Assembly (NCBI GenBank): GCA_010909165.1
Contig: MU008162.1
Location: 744,001 to 808,000 of the forward strand
Origin: Anthoceros angustus
Lineage: Eukaryota; Plantae; Anthocerotophyta
DNA length: 64,000 nucleotides
Direction: 5' to 3'
The notes beneath the pieces are model-generated. The model was not told where the DNA came from. It saw only the letters and a program-made list of their open reading frames with translations, and did not search any database. This document shows positions 1 through 11,964 of the stretch, piece after piece; position 1 is the first letter of the stretch; every line of letters begins with the position of its first letter. The position numbers and the translations under genes are program-made.

Positions 1-1494
1 GGTACCCCCGAGATGCGAAGTCCCTGTGCGAAAACAATGTTCTCCCTAGGATATTGAAGAGACCATATCCCAGCGGGGACCAAACCTTGCACTTCAGGAT
101 CTTGACCCTCAAACCCAGGCGGAATAAACTCTGAGGAGAAGAGTTCAAATACCTCCTTGACCTTGTCTTTTAGTCCTAAGATATGAATGTCATCGCCACG
201 GACAGGAAGAAACACTCCTCGATCGCGAAGGCAGTAGTAGATAGTGCCCTGAAAGTGCGCCATGACAAAGAGGGCACCTCTAAGAGATCCTCTTGTCTCA
301 TGGCCATTGCGGAGTAAAGTACGGAAACCCCTTCCATAGATGCCCCATGCTGAAAGTAAAGGTTAGACGGAGAATCGTAGAAAGAGCCAAGAAATGGAAT
401 AAGACTTGCTAACTGCCCGCCCCGTACTTGAGTTCCGTGAAAATAGCCGTTCTAGAGCCCCCAAAGTGGCAATCCCAAATTGAGTGCGCATGGAACTGCT
501 CCCGGAGTTAAATGACAATGTCGTAGGCTTATGAGGCACAAGAAACCCTCCCCGATGGCGATAGGGCGCACTCTAGGCAATATTGGCTTTTCCATAGCCA
601 GTGACCTGCTGGAACCCAACACTTGGGAAATCTGGTGGGGAGTCTCTCCGCTCGCCACGGCCGCCACTAGAATGAAAAGCTCTGAAAAACCTCTAGAAGG
701 ATTCTCGAGAGAAAAATAATCCGGAAGGTGATCGTAGATTGTCCCAGACAGACCACTCGAAGAAAGCCGTGGTGCAGTGGTAAGGGCCTTGCTGAAGAGC
801 GTCCTGTCAAGACAAAAAGGCTCCTCCGCCACGTTATCCAGGATATCCTCTGGAATGAGGTCACCTGGCTGGATGAATGGCGCGGAGAGCAGCAACGATC
901 TCCTCAGAGGCTAGCGCCACCAGCTCCGAGCGACGAGCCCGGGCAGCCCTGACGTATTCCCGAGCACGGCCCAGGATGAGGCACCTCTTAAGACGCGCCT
1001 TGGCGGGGTCTGAACAGACCTGATCCACCTTAGCCGACTCCAGCCTAGACCTCGCTGCGCGCCCGCCCTGCTTCTATAGGGCCTCCTAGTCCCCGGCCCG
1101 GAATCGACGGAGACGGGCAGCCGCCTCCCTATGCCTTCAAGGACCACCCTTGGAGTGGCGAAGACACCATCGAGGGAGAAAGAGAAACAAAGTCCAAGCC
1201 ACCTCGTCCCCGGGGGTCGAGTGCGAAGCACTCCATGGGAAGCTAGTAGGCAAGGCGAACGTTGTCTTGAAGGCACTTCAGGAGACGCCAGAAAAGGCGG
1301 GGTCCCAGAAAACGCACTTCGTACAAGCGAGCAGGTGATCTGATTGCAAGCGCAACCACTACCATGACTCTGGAGGCAAAGTCCTTGTGCTTGTGCCCAA
1401 TGTGATATTTCAACCCCTTAATCCCATAGCAAAGCTGAGCACAGACCGGGCAAGGAGTATTTTTCATTGTTCCTGAAGGCATGGACTGCACCAT
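1..1494 (-). mobile_element. CRE/R2-group (early-branching) non-LTR retrotransposon ORF, frameshifted, running off the left edge
   Basis: Minus-strand pieces in the expected order: C2H2 finger CPVCAQLCYGIKGLKYHIGHKH (~1390-1460); RT N-terminal motifs APRLSSSGLSG and LAMEK...VRPIAIGE (ORF 452..895); RQEDLL, a QGDPL-like motif (~280-300); GDDIHILG (~175-200); GLRVKILKC (~90-115). RPIAxGE plus an N-terminal zinc finger is typical of CRE-clade elements. Confidence 0.7.
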
Positions 1495-3058
1495 TGGGGA
1501 GAGCTTAGAAATAACTAATAGCGTGATGCAAGCGCTTAGGACAAAGTGCGAAAAGAATGTAGAGAAAAAGAACAACTTAATTTATGTCCGCTTAGAATGA
1601 AAGGAGCATCATGGGACAGAGATAGTACAGCATAAAAGAGGGGGAAAACCGAGTACACATACATACGTTTGAACTAGGTAGACATTAACTGTTTGAGAAG
1701 AGAAAAAGGAGGAAAAAAGAGGAAAAAAAGAAGGCGAAACCAATAAGGAGTCCAACAGAGCCTACCGACGGTCAAAAAGCTCAGAGAGACAGAGTTCAAA
1801 AGAGAGCTTAGGAATATAAAAAGAGAAGAAGATGCGCAAGGAAAAACCAGTAACGAGCTCGAATATCAACATGGGCGGGACAATAGAAGAGGAAATACGA
1901 TTCAGATTCAGAGTCCAAGGAACAGAGCTTGCAAATCCGTTGTTCTTGAGGTGATGCGAGTTTGAGTCAGCAGTTGGTTTCGATCTGATGATGGAAGCTA
2001 ATGCGAAATTTACGAATGAAAGTACGCAGAAGGGGAGAACTGAGATATAATGGTAGGGCAAGAAAACCAGGGAAAATTAACAAAAGACTCCTCCTTATAA
2101 AAATAAAATCTAGGCCTAAAAGGAGAGGGAAAAGAGAGAGGAAGTAACAAAGTCCAAGCCACCTCGTCCCGGGTCGAGTAAGCACTCCATGGGAAGCTAG
2201 TAGGCAAGGCGACGTTGTCTTGAAGGCACTTGAGACGCCCGAGAAAAAGGCGGTCCTGACGACTTGCATGGCAGTGGTCGATTGCAAGCGCAACCACTAC
2301 CATGACTGAGGCAAAGTCCTTGTGCCCAATGTGATATTTCAACCCTTAATCCCATAGCAAAGGCGAGCCGCAGAGGCAAGGTATTTTCATTGTTCCTGAA
2401 GGCATGGACTGCACCATTGGGGAGAGCTTAGAAATAACTAATAGCAGGCAGATGCAAAACTGCTTAGGACAGGCGGCAGAAAAGAATGTAGAGAAAAAGA
2501 ACAACTTAATTTATGTCCGCTTAGAATGAAAGGAGCATCATGGGACAGAGATAGTACAGCATAAAAGAGGGGGAAAACCGAGTACACATACATACGTTTG
2601 AACTAGGTAGACATTAACGTGCTTGAGAAGAGAAAAGGAGGAAAAGAGGAAAAAGAAGGCGAAACCAATAAGGAGTCCAATGGCCTCACGGTCAAAAGCT
2701 CAGAGAGACAGAGTTCAAAAGAGAGCTTAGGAATATAAAAAGAGAAGAAGATGCGCAAGGAAAACCAAGAATGTGAGCTCGAATATCAACATGGCGGGAC
2801 AATAGAAGAGGAAATACGATTGATTCGAGTCCAAGGAGGCTTGCAAATCGTTGTTCTTGAGGTGATGCGAGTTTGAGTCGGATTGGTTTCGATCCGATGA
2901 TGGAAGCTAATGCGAAATTCTACGAATGAAAGTACGTGAAGGGAGGCGAGATATAATGGTAGGGCAAGAAAACCAGGGAAAATTAACAAAAGACTCCTCC
3001 TTATAAAAATAAAATCTAGGCCTAAAAGGAGAGGGAAAAGAGAGAGGAAGTAACAAAG
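1186..3058. repeat. Tandem duplication (~960 bp and ~910 bp copies) of the 5' end of the non-LTR element
   Basis: 1186-2145 realigns to 2146-3051. AACAAAG occurs at all three boundaries (1186, 2146, 3052). Confidence 0.9.
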
Positions 3059-3600
3059 CTGGCTTGAGTGCTTTGCAAGAAAGCTCCATGCAAAGGCATG
3101 TTTAGAAGAGCAGCTTACTAAGAGCATGTTAAGCATGCAGCCCTAGGAAGTGTATGGTAGTAAATAATAGCTTAAAGCTTAAGTAAGTAGTTACTAAGAT
3201 TGTAGTTAGGGCTTGAGTATAAAAGGAGACCTAGCCCTGGACTAAAGACAAGACAGTTGAGCCTTGAAAGCACTTGATGCTTGGGCTGTGCCTTGAGAGC
3301 ATTTGTTGCTTAGGCTGTAAGCACCTAAGGGGAGTGCTGTGAAGGAGCTTTGTGGAGGAGGTCAAGTGAAGGGAGAGCTAAGCTCCTAGCTTAGGCAAAG
3401 ATGGGGAGTTCTCTCTAGCTCTCCACCTCTATATGTTCTTGTTGACTCGTGGTTTGAGAATAAAGAGCGGCAAGGGTGTCAGCCGAGTCCTCCTAGAAGA
3501 GGAGGGCGGCTACTTGGAGGCCTAGTGTCAGGTCCGTGTTGATTTATTACCGTGGTTTTGCTTCTAATCGTGGTTTCCCACCCCGCTGAGGGGTGTTACT
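3049..3600 (+). repeat. 5' LTR (552 bp), termini AGTAAC...GTTACT
   Basis: Directly follows the TSD, aligns to 13854-14335 and ends 2 nt before the PBS. Contains TATAAAA (~3218) and AATAAA (~3459). Confidence 0.88.
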
Positions 3601-3602
3601 TG

Positions 3603-3613
3603 TGGTATCGAGC
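3603..3613 (+). other. Primer binding site, tRNA-iMet type (TGGTATCGAGC)
   Basis: One base shorter than the canonical plant PBS TGGTATCAGAGC, immediately 3' of the LTR. Confidence 0.85.
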
Positions 3614-3650
3614 ATAGGTTGAAGCATCTTTGACTAGTACGCTAGTGGAG

Positions 3651-5086
3651 ATGGCATCCCGCCGAGAGTAGAGTGGAAAGGCACACGGAAGGATAAGGCC
3701 CCGCTCAAGCCGTGGAAGAGCCATAGGCGAGTCCGCAAGTTGTGAGAACATCGGAAGAAGGAACTTGAGCAGGACCGGCACCACCATAGAGGACCAAAAA
3801 GATCATGAGGAGACTTGATGCCATGGATCAGGAGATTAAAGGCAGGCGAAAGCTCGTTGAAGAAGAGCCAGAAGAAGTGGAGCTCGAGCCCCGAGCAGAC
3901 CGCCAAAAGTCTAAGAAGTTGAGGGCAGTGCCCCAAAGACTTACAAAGGCTAGCGTGGCGTAGAAAATCAGTTCTTGGTTTTCTCTTTGGAGCGTACCTC
4001 GAATCATGCAGTGCCGCAAGATGAGTACGTGAAGCACGTCACGAATTTCTTAGAGGATTATGCTCTTACTTGGTGGAGGACTTACGTTGAGAACGTAAGG
4101 CAAGGCAATCGCAGAGCCACAATCTTCACATGGGTAGACTTCAAGCAAGCACTGCAACTCGTTTCCAACCCGCTAATGCAATGAAGTTTGCCAAGGATGC
4201 TCGACAATGTCAAGCATACCGGAACTTTGCGGGAGTATGTGAGTGAGTTTAGCTCTATTGTCTTGCAATGTCCAGAGATGCATGAGCAGACAAACTCCAC
4301 AAGTTTATCACGGCCTTAAGAGATGGGTTCAAAATAGGATAGCTTTGACTAATCCTCAAACACTGCAAGAGGCCATGGCAGCAGCAGATGCCATACCGGA
4401 TATGTTTATTCAGGAGGCACCAGTATCAAGAGGAAGATATCCTAGGTCTCAGGGTAGATCTAGAGGGAGAGGACGAGCTACCACCACTGTGAATAGTGGA
4501 ACCAATGAGACTACTGGCAGAGGCCGAGCTAGAGGAGATAACAGGTCGTGGAAGACGACGAACAGTGCCTAGCTTAGGTGTGTGCTACAATTGCGGAGAA
4601 CAGGGACACTTTGCTAGGAATTGTCCACATGTTGGAACTCCCAACTTGAATTTGGTTGCTGCCAATCCACCTGCTCCAAGAGCCAGGATCCAAGAACTTC
4701 CTGAGGAGCCCAGGTGACGCCGGGGGCCACATGTTGTGAAGACATGTGGTGAGTCATCTAGTGTCAAGGATGACACTATAATGAGGAAAGCTGGAGATCT
4801 CATGCATGTATATGTGGGAAAATGAATGGCTTGGATGTAAAGTTGTTGTTGGATTCTGCAGCCACCCACAATTTTATAACTCCTAGTAAGGCAAGAGAGC
4901 TTGGTCTTGAATGGACTGAAACTTCCACGCCATATGGAATTTCAAGCTAAAGGGACTCTGCAATTTCTGGGGGAATTGCATGGAGTAAAGTTGCAAGTTG
5001 AAGCATGGCAAGGAAATGTGAGTTTCATAGTCGTCGAGATGGACGACCATGATATCATCTTAGGCCTGGAGTGGATGAGATCCAAT
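3651..5086 (+). pseudogene. Gypsy gag and aspartic protease (frameshifted)
   Basis: LEDYALTWWR and FTWVDFKQAL (retrotransposon gag), CYNCGEQGHFARNC knuckle (~4583-4624), LLDSAATHNFI (~4846) and DIILGLEWM immediately before the CACTA insertion. Confidence 0.88.
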
Positions 5087-8046
5087 CACTACTAGGAAAA
5101 GTATACTTTTACTAATTGAAGTTTTACAACGGGGGCGCATTTTACCACGGCCGCCCATTTTACTACGTCAATTGAAGGCACCGTTTCAAGTCCATGTATT
5201 ATTTTCAGGTATAGCCCAAAATTTACTATGGCTCATTCCAACTTTACTACAGGGCTTGTTTTGCCAAAGGCACAAAAGCTGACGTGGCAAATCAAAATGG
5301 ACTTTACTACGGGGCACTTGTTATTTACAACAGAGCTTATGGACGTTACAACGATGGCATGTTCGTTTACTATGGGCCTACAATTTACTACAGGACTTTC
5401 TCGATTACAACGGGTTCTTTTACAACATGCCAATGGTATTTTACAACATCCAATAGTTTACTACACCCCTGTAGGGTTTACAACAAGAACCTTTACGACG
5501 AGACACCGGTCGTTTACAACAACACTAATTAAGAATGGGTTTTGATGATAAACCACATCTTATTACCCTAAAAAGCAAAACAGTAGAGGTAACCGGCGTG
5601 TACATCAGTTAAGGCTTGGGCTAGGCCGACTTGTAAAACGAGAACAAAGGGGCTCATGAGGGACGATGCTGAAAAATCCTCCTACGGATCATCTCCACAT
5701 CGCCGTTGGGCAGCTTTATAGTAGACTTCTAAAAAGTGTCGTTGTGCTGCAATCCAGTCAAGGAAGCCACAACCTAGGTCTGGGCGCGCTCGACTGGGAG
5801 CCTCCGAGAGGCGTAATTTCCATGAAGCATCGCCCCATCTCCATCACCCGCCTCTTGAAATCCAAGGCCTCCGAGATTGGCGCGAGGCCCCGCATCCTAT
5901 CATGAAGGTGACCGCCGATTAGGTAAGAAGCCTTCAGCCAATGTTGTGTAGAATAGGACAACAAATACATTTCCCGAATTAATGCTAGGATGAATGAATC
6001 TAGCTGAACTAGATATTTTGCAAACTAGTTTAGAACAAGCTAGATGTTTTCAGGCAAGTTAGGTAAGAACACATGCTGGCTATTTTCCAACTTGTTGTTG
6101 GTGTAGCCCTGGTGCCCAACGTGGGAAGATATCAAAACCTAGGTGACCCAGCAAGGCATCATGGAAAGTAGCAGTCTGTTGCTGATGCAAGGGCGTGAAG
6201 CCAACTCAACGAGAGACTGGATCGTGGAGATGATGGCTGGCGCTAGACAAAAGAGATGTAGGTGGAGTTGTTAGTTGTTGAAGTCGCCTGCACGGACACC
6301 CAAGAGAACCTTGGGAAGTCATGTTCTTTTGAGATTGGGGTTCAAGCTGAGCATGTTCTCAGCAAAATTTCTTCTCATGGTGCAGGCTATGGCGTGATTT
6401 ACAAGCTCATAGCTGCGCAGCATGCGCAACCCCTCACATTTCACCCTCATTGCTGCATGCAAGAGGCAGCAATCTCTTCACTTCAACAGCTAATGTCAAT
6501 CTGGAGCATGGCATGTAAGAGCTAGCGGCGATTCAGATTGGTGGAGGCGGCCAGGCAACTATAGCAAGGCGGCATCACCAACACACCCTATCGTGCTAGC
6601 AGCAGCAAAGATTCCACCGCAGCTGCTGTCCCAGCCTTCCAGAGCTCATAGCGTCCACCACAGAGGTTGGTTGCCTTTGATTCACATACCAGATTGTTTG
6701 CCTTGTTGAGACGAATCTATTGGTATAAGTTTTGTTCAATTTCAAGTGAAATATAGGGACTGAATGCCTTGGAGGATTTGGTCATCTAGGGTTTCAGTGG
6801 GGGAATGTTGCTATTTGCAGCCAACACCCCTCTTGTTGCAGCATAGGGGCTAGGGCTCTTATGGACACTGGCACTTCATGTCTCTCATTACATGTAGCCT
6901 AGCTCTTAGCTTAGCTTTTAGACTGGCTCCTCTGTGTCCTTTTTGCACCGTGACTTTGACATTTCAGTTCTAGACTTGTCTAGTTTTGGCTTTAGAAGCT
7001 CGATCAGAGTGCTAGCTTGCCTTCTTTTCCTCTTCCAGCCTAGCTAGCTGACCTTTTGTTTCTTTGTGTGTTCATGGGGAATGCAACCCGAGGAGCATGA
7101 GACCGGCCCTCTCTGCATTGAGATCCCGCGACATCCTTGGACAAAGCACCCCACCTAGACGTGCATACACACGACGGAGGAGGGCAGCCAAAAGGCAGGA
7201 GCAAGCTCAAGAGTTTGTGGAAGTCCGACCGACACCTCACCAGCAGCAACAAGTTGGTCCCCATTTACAAGTTTCCTCACCCCTGGGACTTCAGATTTGG
7301 AGGGAGAGAAAGCTCCATTTCAGAGCTAGCTACCTGAGGAGGAGTCACAGGTTGAGTTCTTGCCAGAGTGCCTTGGGCCATACACCCTTGGAGCAATCCC
7401 ACTTGTCAACCCGGGTGGATGTTTTAGTTCACCTGCACCTTGGGCTCCATCATCCAGATGTACCATATATCGTGCAATCACGAGCCGAGTATTTTGAGGA
7501 CTCGGACGACATGGAGGGAGGAGCACCCTGTGCATGAGAGGTTTTCGTGAGACTGGTACCGCCTTACGGATTTCAAGTTATCCGTCAATGGCATGATCAC
7601 CGGGTTAAGTTCAAACATGGTGCCGCGTATAACCACCTTTACATGTTTGAACTATGGGCATCTAGCGCATTTAGGCGCTAGACTTGTATGAGGTGCACTG
7701 TCAACAGCGATGGTGGCTACACCAAAAAAATGTCTTAGACAGCGGGTGGATGGTAGGGCACTACCTTCCCCATAAAGTGGCCAAGGATGAGGAGTCCCAA
7801 AAGATGATTAAGGTTAGAGTCTGGCGTCTGTTTTCATCATTTCCATGTTCCATGATTTGTCCGAAATTTCTTGTTCCAGACCTCATATTTTGGGTGTGTA
7901 AATTTTTGTAGGATGCCCGGTTTCTAAGGGCAATGCCATGGATTTGGCTGGAGAGGACAACGCTTGTTTTTGAATACAAAGAAGGGCGGAATTGCGGTGT
8001 ATGACGCTCGATGATGTAGCCTGGGTCTAAGCAGGGGTTTGGTCGA

Positions 8047-8313
8047 ACTCCCTCCTCCTCCTCCTCCCTACATCCTATCCTCGCCCTCCTCCTCTCCACT
8101 CCTTCCCTCCCTTCCCTCCCTTCCTCCCTTCCCTTCCCTCCCTTCCTCCCTTCCTCCTTCCCTCCTCCTTCCCTCCCTTCCCTCCCTTCCTCCCTTCCCT
8201 CCTTCCTCCCTTCCTCCTTCCCTCCCTTCCTCCTTCCTCCCTTCCCTCCTTCCCTCCTTCCTCCCTTCCTCCCTTCCTCCTTCCTCCTTCCCTCCCTTCC
8301 TCCCTTCCCTCCC
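8047..8313. repeat. Compound (CCT)n/(CCTT)n/(CCCT)n polypyrimidine microsatellite, copy 1
   Basis: Directly visible C/T tract. The Pro/Ser and Gly/Arg/Glu ORFs here are artefacts of it. Confidence 0.95.
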
Positions 8314-10968
8314 ACTTATGAAATTGACAACACCGTTATGAATGCATACACTTTGCACCAATCTTTGCTATGTTCCATTTACTATGGAGTCCATTACTAA
8401 ACATTTCACTACAAACTTTTACTATAGCAATTTACTACGACTTTTTATCATAGAATTTTACAACATACTTTTACTATAGAATTTACTATGTATTATTACT
8501 ATAGAATTTACTACATATATTAACTATGATGTTTACTACAATTTACTAGTAATATTTACTATAAAATATTACTACGTGGTCTTTTCTACGAGAGATTTAC
8601 AACGCACTAGGAATTTTACAACGGACTAACGGATTACTTAACTGTGATTAATTAACTATGGTCAATATGTGATTAACCAAACCCACTAATTTAATCGCAG
8701 AATATTATAGTTAGCTAATCTCGTCAACTAATCATTATTTTTAACCACGATTAGGCCAGAGTAAAGTCCGTGGTTGTTCAACTAGTAAATACCGTGGTAA
8801 AAGGTATGGTAATTTAAAGATTAACTAGTATTTAGAACGTACTTATAGAATACAGAGTATAGCCATCATATACGATGTACTGGACTTTACTACGGACACT
8901 AACGCTATGTGTTTACTACTGATGTTTTACTACGGGAGTAGTAATGACCGTTGTAAAGTCCGTAGTAATGTCCGTGGTAAAAGTACACTTTTCCTAGTAG
9001 TGAATGAAGTGTTCATGGATGTTAAGTCTCGCACTATTGAGATATCCAAGAAGCACAAGGTGAGTTGTGCTAGTGTTAGCCAGAAGCTTGAGACTCCATC
9101 AGTACAGCTGATCTCAAAAAGAGAGCTTAAGAAAGCATCATGGAAAGGAGCAATCTGGTCGATGCAAGGGCGTGAAGCCAACTCAACGAGAGACTGGATC
9201 GTGGAGATGATGGTGGCGCTAGACAAAAGAGATGTAGGTGGAGTTGTTAGTTGTTGAAGTCGCCTGCACGGACACCCAAGAGAACCTTGGGAAGTCATGT
9301 TCTTTTGAGATTGGGGGTCTGCCGGCATGTTCTCAAAATTTCTTCTCATGGTGCAGGCGGCGTGATTTACAAGCTCATAGTCACAGCGCGCAACCCCTCA
9401 CATTTCACCCTCATTCGCATGCAAGAGGCAAGAATCTCTTCACTTCAACTAATGTCAACTGGAGCATGGCATGCAAGAGCTAGGATTCACATTGGTGGGC
9501 CAGCAACTATAGCAAGGCGGCATCACCAACACACCCTATCGTGTTAGCAGCAGCAAAGATTCCACCCGCAGCTGCTGTCCCAGCCTTCCAGAGCTCATAG
9601 CGTCCACCACTGAGGTTGGTTGCCTTTGATTCACATACCAGATTGTTTGCCTTGCTGAGACAAATCTATTGGTATAAGTTTTGTTCAATTTCAAGTGAAA
9701 TCCAGGGACTGAATGCCTTGGAGGATTTGGTCATCTAGGGTTTCAGTGGGGGAATGTTGGCTATTTGCAGCCAACACCCCTCTTGTTGTAGCATAGGGGC
9801 TAGGGCTCTTATGGACACTGGCACTTCAGGTCTCTCATTACATGTAGCCTAGCTCTTAGCTTAGCTTTTAGACTGGCTCCCCTGTCCTTTTGCACCGTGA
9901 CTTTGACATTTCACAGTCTAGACTTGTCTAGTTTTGGCTTTAGAAGCTCGATCAGAGTGCTAGCTTGCCTTCTTTTCCTCTTCCAGCCTAGCTAGCTGAC
10001 CTTTTGTTCTTGTGTGTGTACATGGGGGAATGCAACGAGGAGCATGAGACCGGCCCTCTCTGCATTGAGATCCCGCGACATCCTTGGACAAAGCACCCCA
10101 CCCAGACGTGCATACACACGACGGAGGAGGGCAGCCAAAAGGCGAGCAAGCTCGAGTTTGTGGAAGTCCGACCGACACCTCACCAGCAGCAACAAGTTGG
10201 TCCCCATTTACGTGTTTCCTCACCCACAGGACTTGATTTGGAGAGAAAGCTCCATTTGAGCTAGCTACGAGGAGGAGTCACAGTTGAGTTCTTGCCAGAG
10301 TGCCTTGGGCCATACACCCTTGGAGCAATCCCACTTGTCAACGGGTGGATGTTTTAGTTCACCTGCACCTTGGGCTCCATCATCCAGATGTACCATATAT
10401 CGTGCAATCACGAGCCGAGTATTTTGAGGACTCGGACGACATGGAGGGAGGAGCACCCTGTGCATGAGAGGTTTTCGTGAGACTGGTACCGCCTTACGGA
10501 TTTCAAGTTATCCGTCAATGGCATGATCGTTAAGTTCAAACATGGTGCCGCGTATAACCACCTTTACATGTTTGAACAATATGTGCATCTAGCGCATTTA
10601 GGCGCTAGACTTGTATGAGGTGCACTGTCAACAGCGATGGTGGCTACACCAAAAAAATGTCTTAGACAACGGGTGGATGGTAGGGCACTACCTTCCCGCA
10701 GTGGCCAAGGATGAGGAGTCCCAAAAGATGATTAAGGTTAGAGTCTGGCGTCTGTTTTCATCATTTCCATGTTCCATGATTTGTCTGAAATTTCTTGTTC
10801 CAGACCTCATATTTTGGGTGTGTAAATTTTTTGTAGGATGCCCGGTTTCTAAGGGCAATGCCATGGATTTGGCTGGAGAGGACAACGCTTGTTTTTGAAT
10901 ACAAAGAAGGGCGGAATTGGTGTATGACGCCTCGATGATGTAGCTCGGTCTGCAAAGGGTTTGGTCGA

Positions 10969-11231
10969 ACTCCCTCCTCCTCCTCCTCCTCCTCCTCCTC
11001 CTCCTCCTCCCTTCCCTCCTTCCTCCTTCCCTCCTTCCTCCTTCCTCCCTTCCCTCCTTCCCTCCCTTCCCTCCCTTCCTCCCTTCCTCCCTTCCTCCCT
11101 TCCTCCCTTCCTCCCTTCCCTCCCTCCCTTCCTCCCTTCCTCCTCCTTCCTCCCTTCCTCCCTTCCCTCCTTCCCTCCCTTCCTCCTTCCTCCCTTCCTC
11201 CTTCCTCCTCCCTTCCTCCCTTCCCTCCCCA
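10969..11231. repeat. Compound polypyrimidine microsatellite, copy 2
   Basis: Same position in the duplicated CACTA segment, with a different repeat phasing. Confidence 0.95.
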
Positions 11232-11964
11232 CTTATGAAATTGACAACACCGGTTATGAATCTGCATACACTTTGCAGCCAATCTTTTGCTATGTTCCAT
11301 TTACTACATGGAGTCCATTACTAAACATTTCACTACAAACTTTTACTATAGCAATTTACTACTGACTTTTTATCATAGAATTTTACAACATACTTTTACT
11401 ATAGAATTTTACTATGTATTATTACTATAGAATTTTACTACATATATTAACTATGATGTTTACTACAGAATTTTACTAGTAATATTTACTATAAAATATT
11501 ACTACAGGGTCTTTTTCTACAACGGAGAGATTTACAACGGTACCCAGCGGGAATTTACAACGGACTAACGGATTACTTAACTGTGATTAATTAACTATGG
11601 TCAATATGTGATTAACCAAACCCACTAATTTAACTGCAGATAATATATTATAGTTAGCTAATCTCGGTCAACTAATCATTATTTTTAACCACGATTAGGC
11701 CAGTAGTAAAGTCCGTGGTTGTTCAACTAGTAAATACCGTGGTAAAAGGTATGGTAATTTAAAGATTAACTAGTGTACGGTAGAACGTACTCCGTACATA
11801 TTTCGTATAGAATACAGAGTATAGCCATCATATACGATGTACTGGACTTTACTACGGACACTAACGCTATGTGTTTACTACTGATGTTTTACTACGGGAG
11901 TAGTAATGACCGTTGTAAAGTCCGTAGTAATGTCCGTGGTAAAAGTACACTTTTCCTAGTAGTG

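Larger units (their letters stand above)
5087..11964. mobile_element. Non-autonomous CACTA (En/Spm) element, originally ~3.9 kb (5087-9002), with its right part duplicated
   Basis: Left TIR CACTACTAGGAAAAGTATACTTTTAC at 5087. Right TIR GTAAAAGTACACTTTTCCTAGTAGTG ends at 9002 and again at 11964 (26 bp, 1 mismatch). 3-bp TSD AAT. Dense subterminal TTTAC(T/A)AC repeats at 5100-5520, 8380-8990 and 11300-11950. Removing the element restores the pol frame WMRSN-EVFMDV. Confidence 0.95.

Noticed and set aside
5228-5545. ORFs with repeated FTT / YY motifs
   Set aside because: They arise from CACTA subterminal TTTAC(T/A)AC repeats and are not coding.
7761-8361. Gly/Arg/Glu-rich and Pro/Ser-rich ORFs (also at 10761-11365)
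   Set aside because: Translations of the CCT/CCTT microsatellite.
11773-11964. Apparent N-terminal extension of the 290-aa pol ORF
   Set aside because: Chance read-through from the CACTA right end into Gypsy pol.
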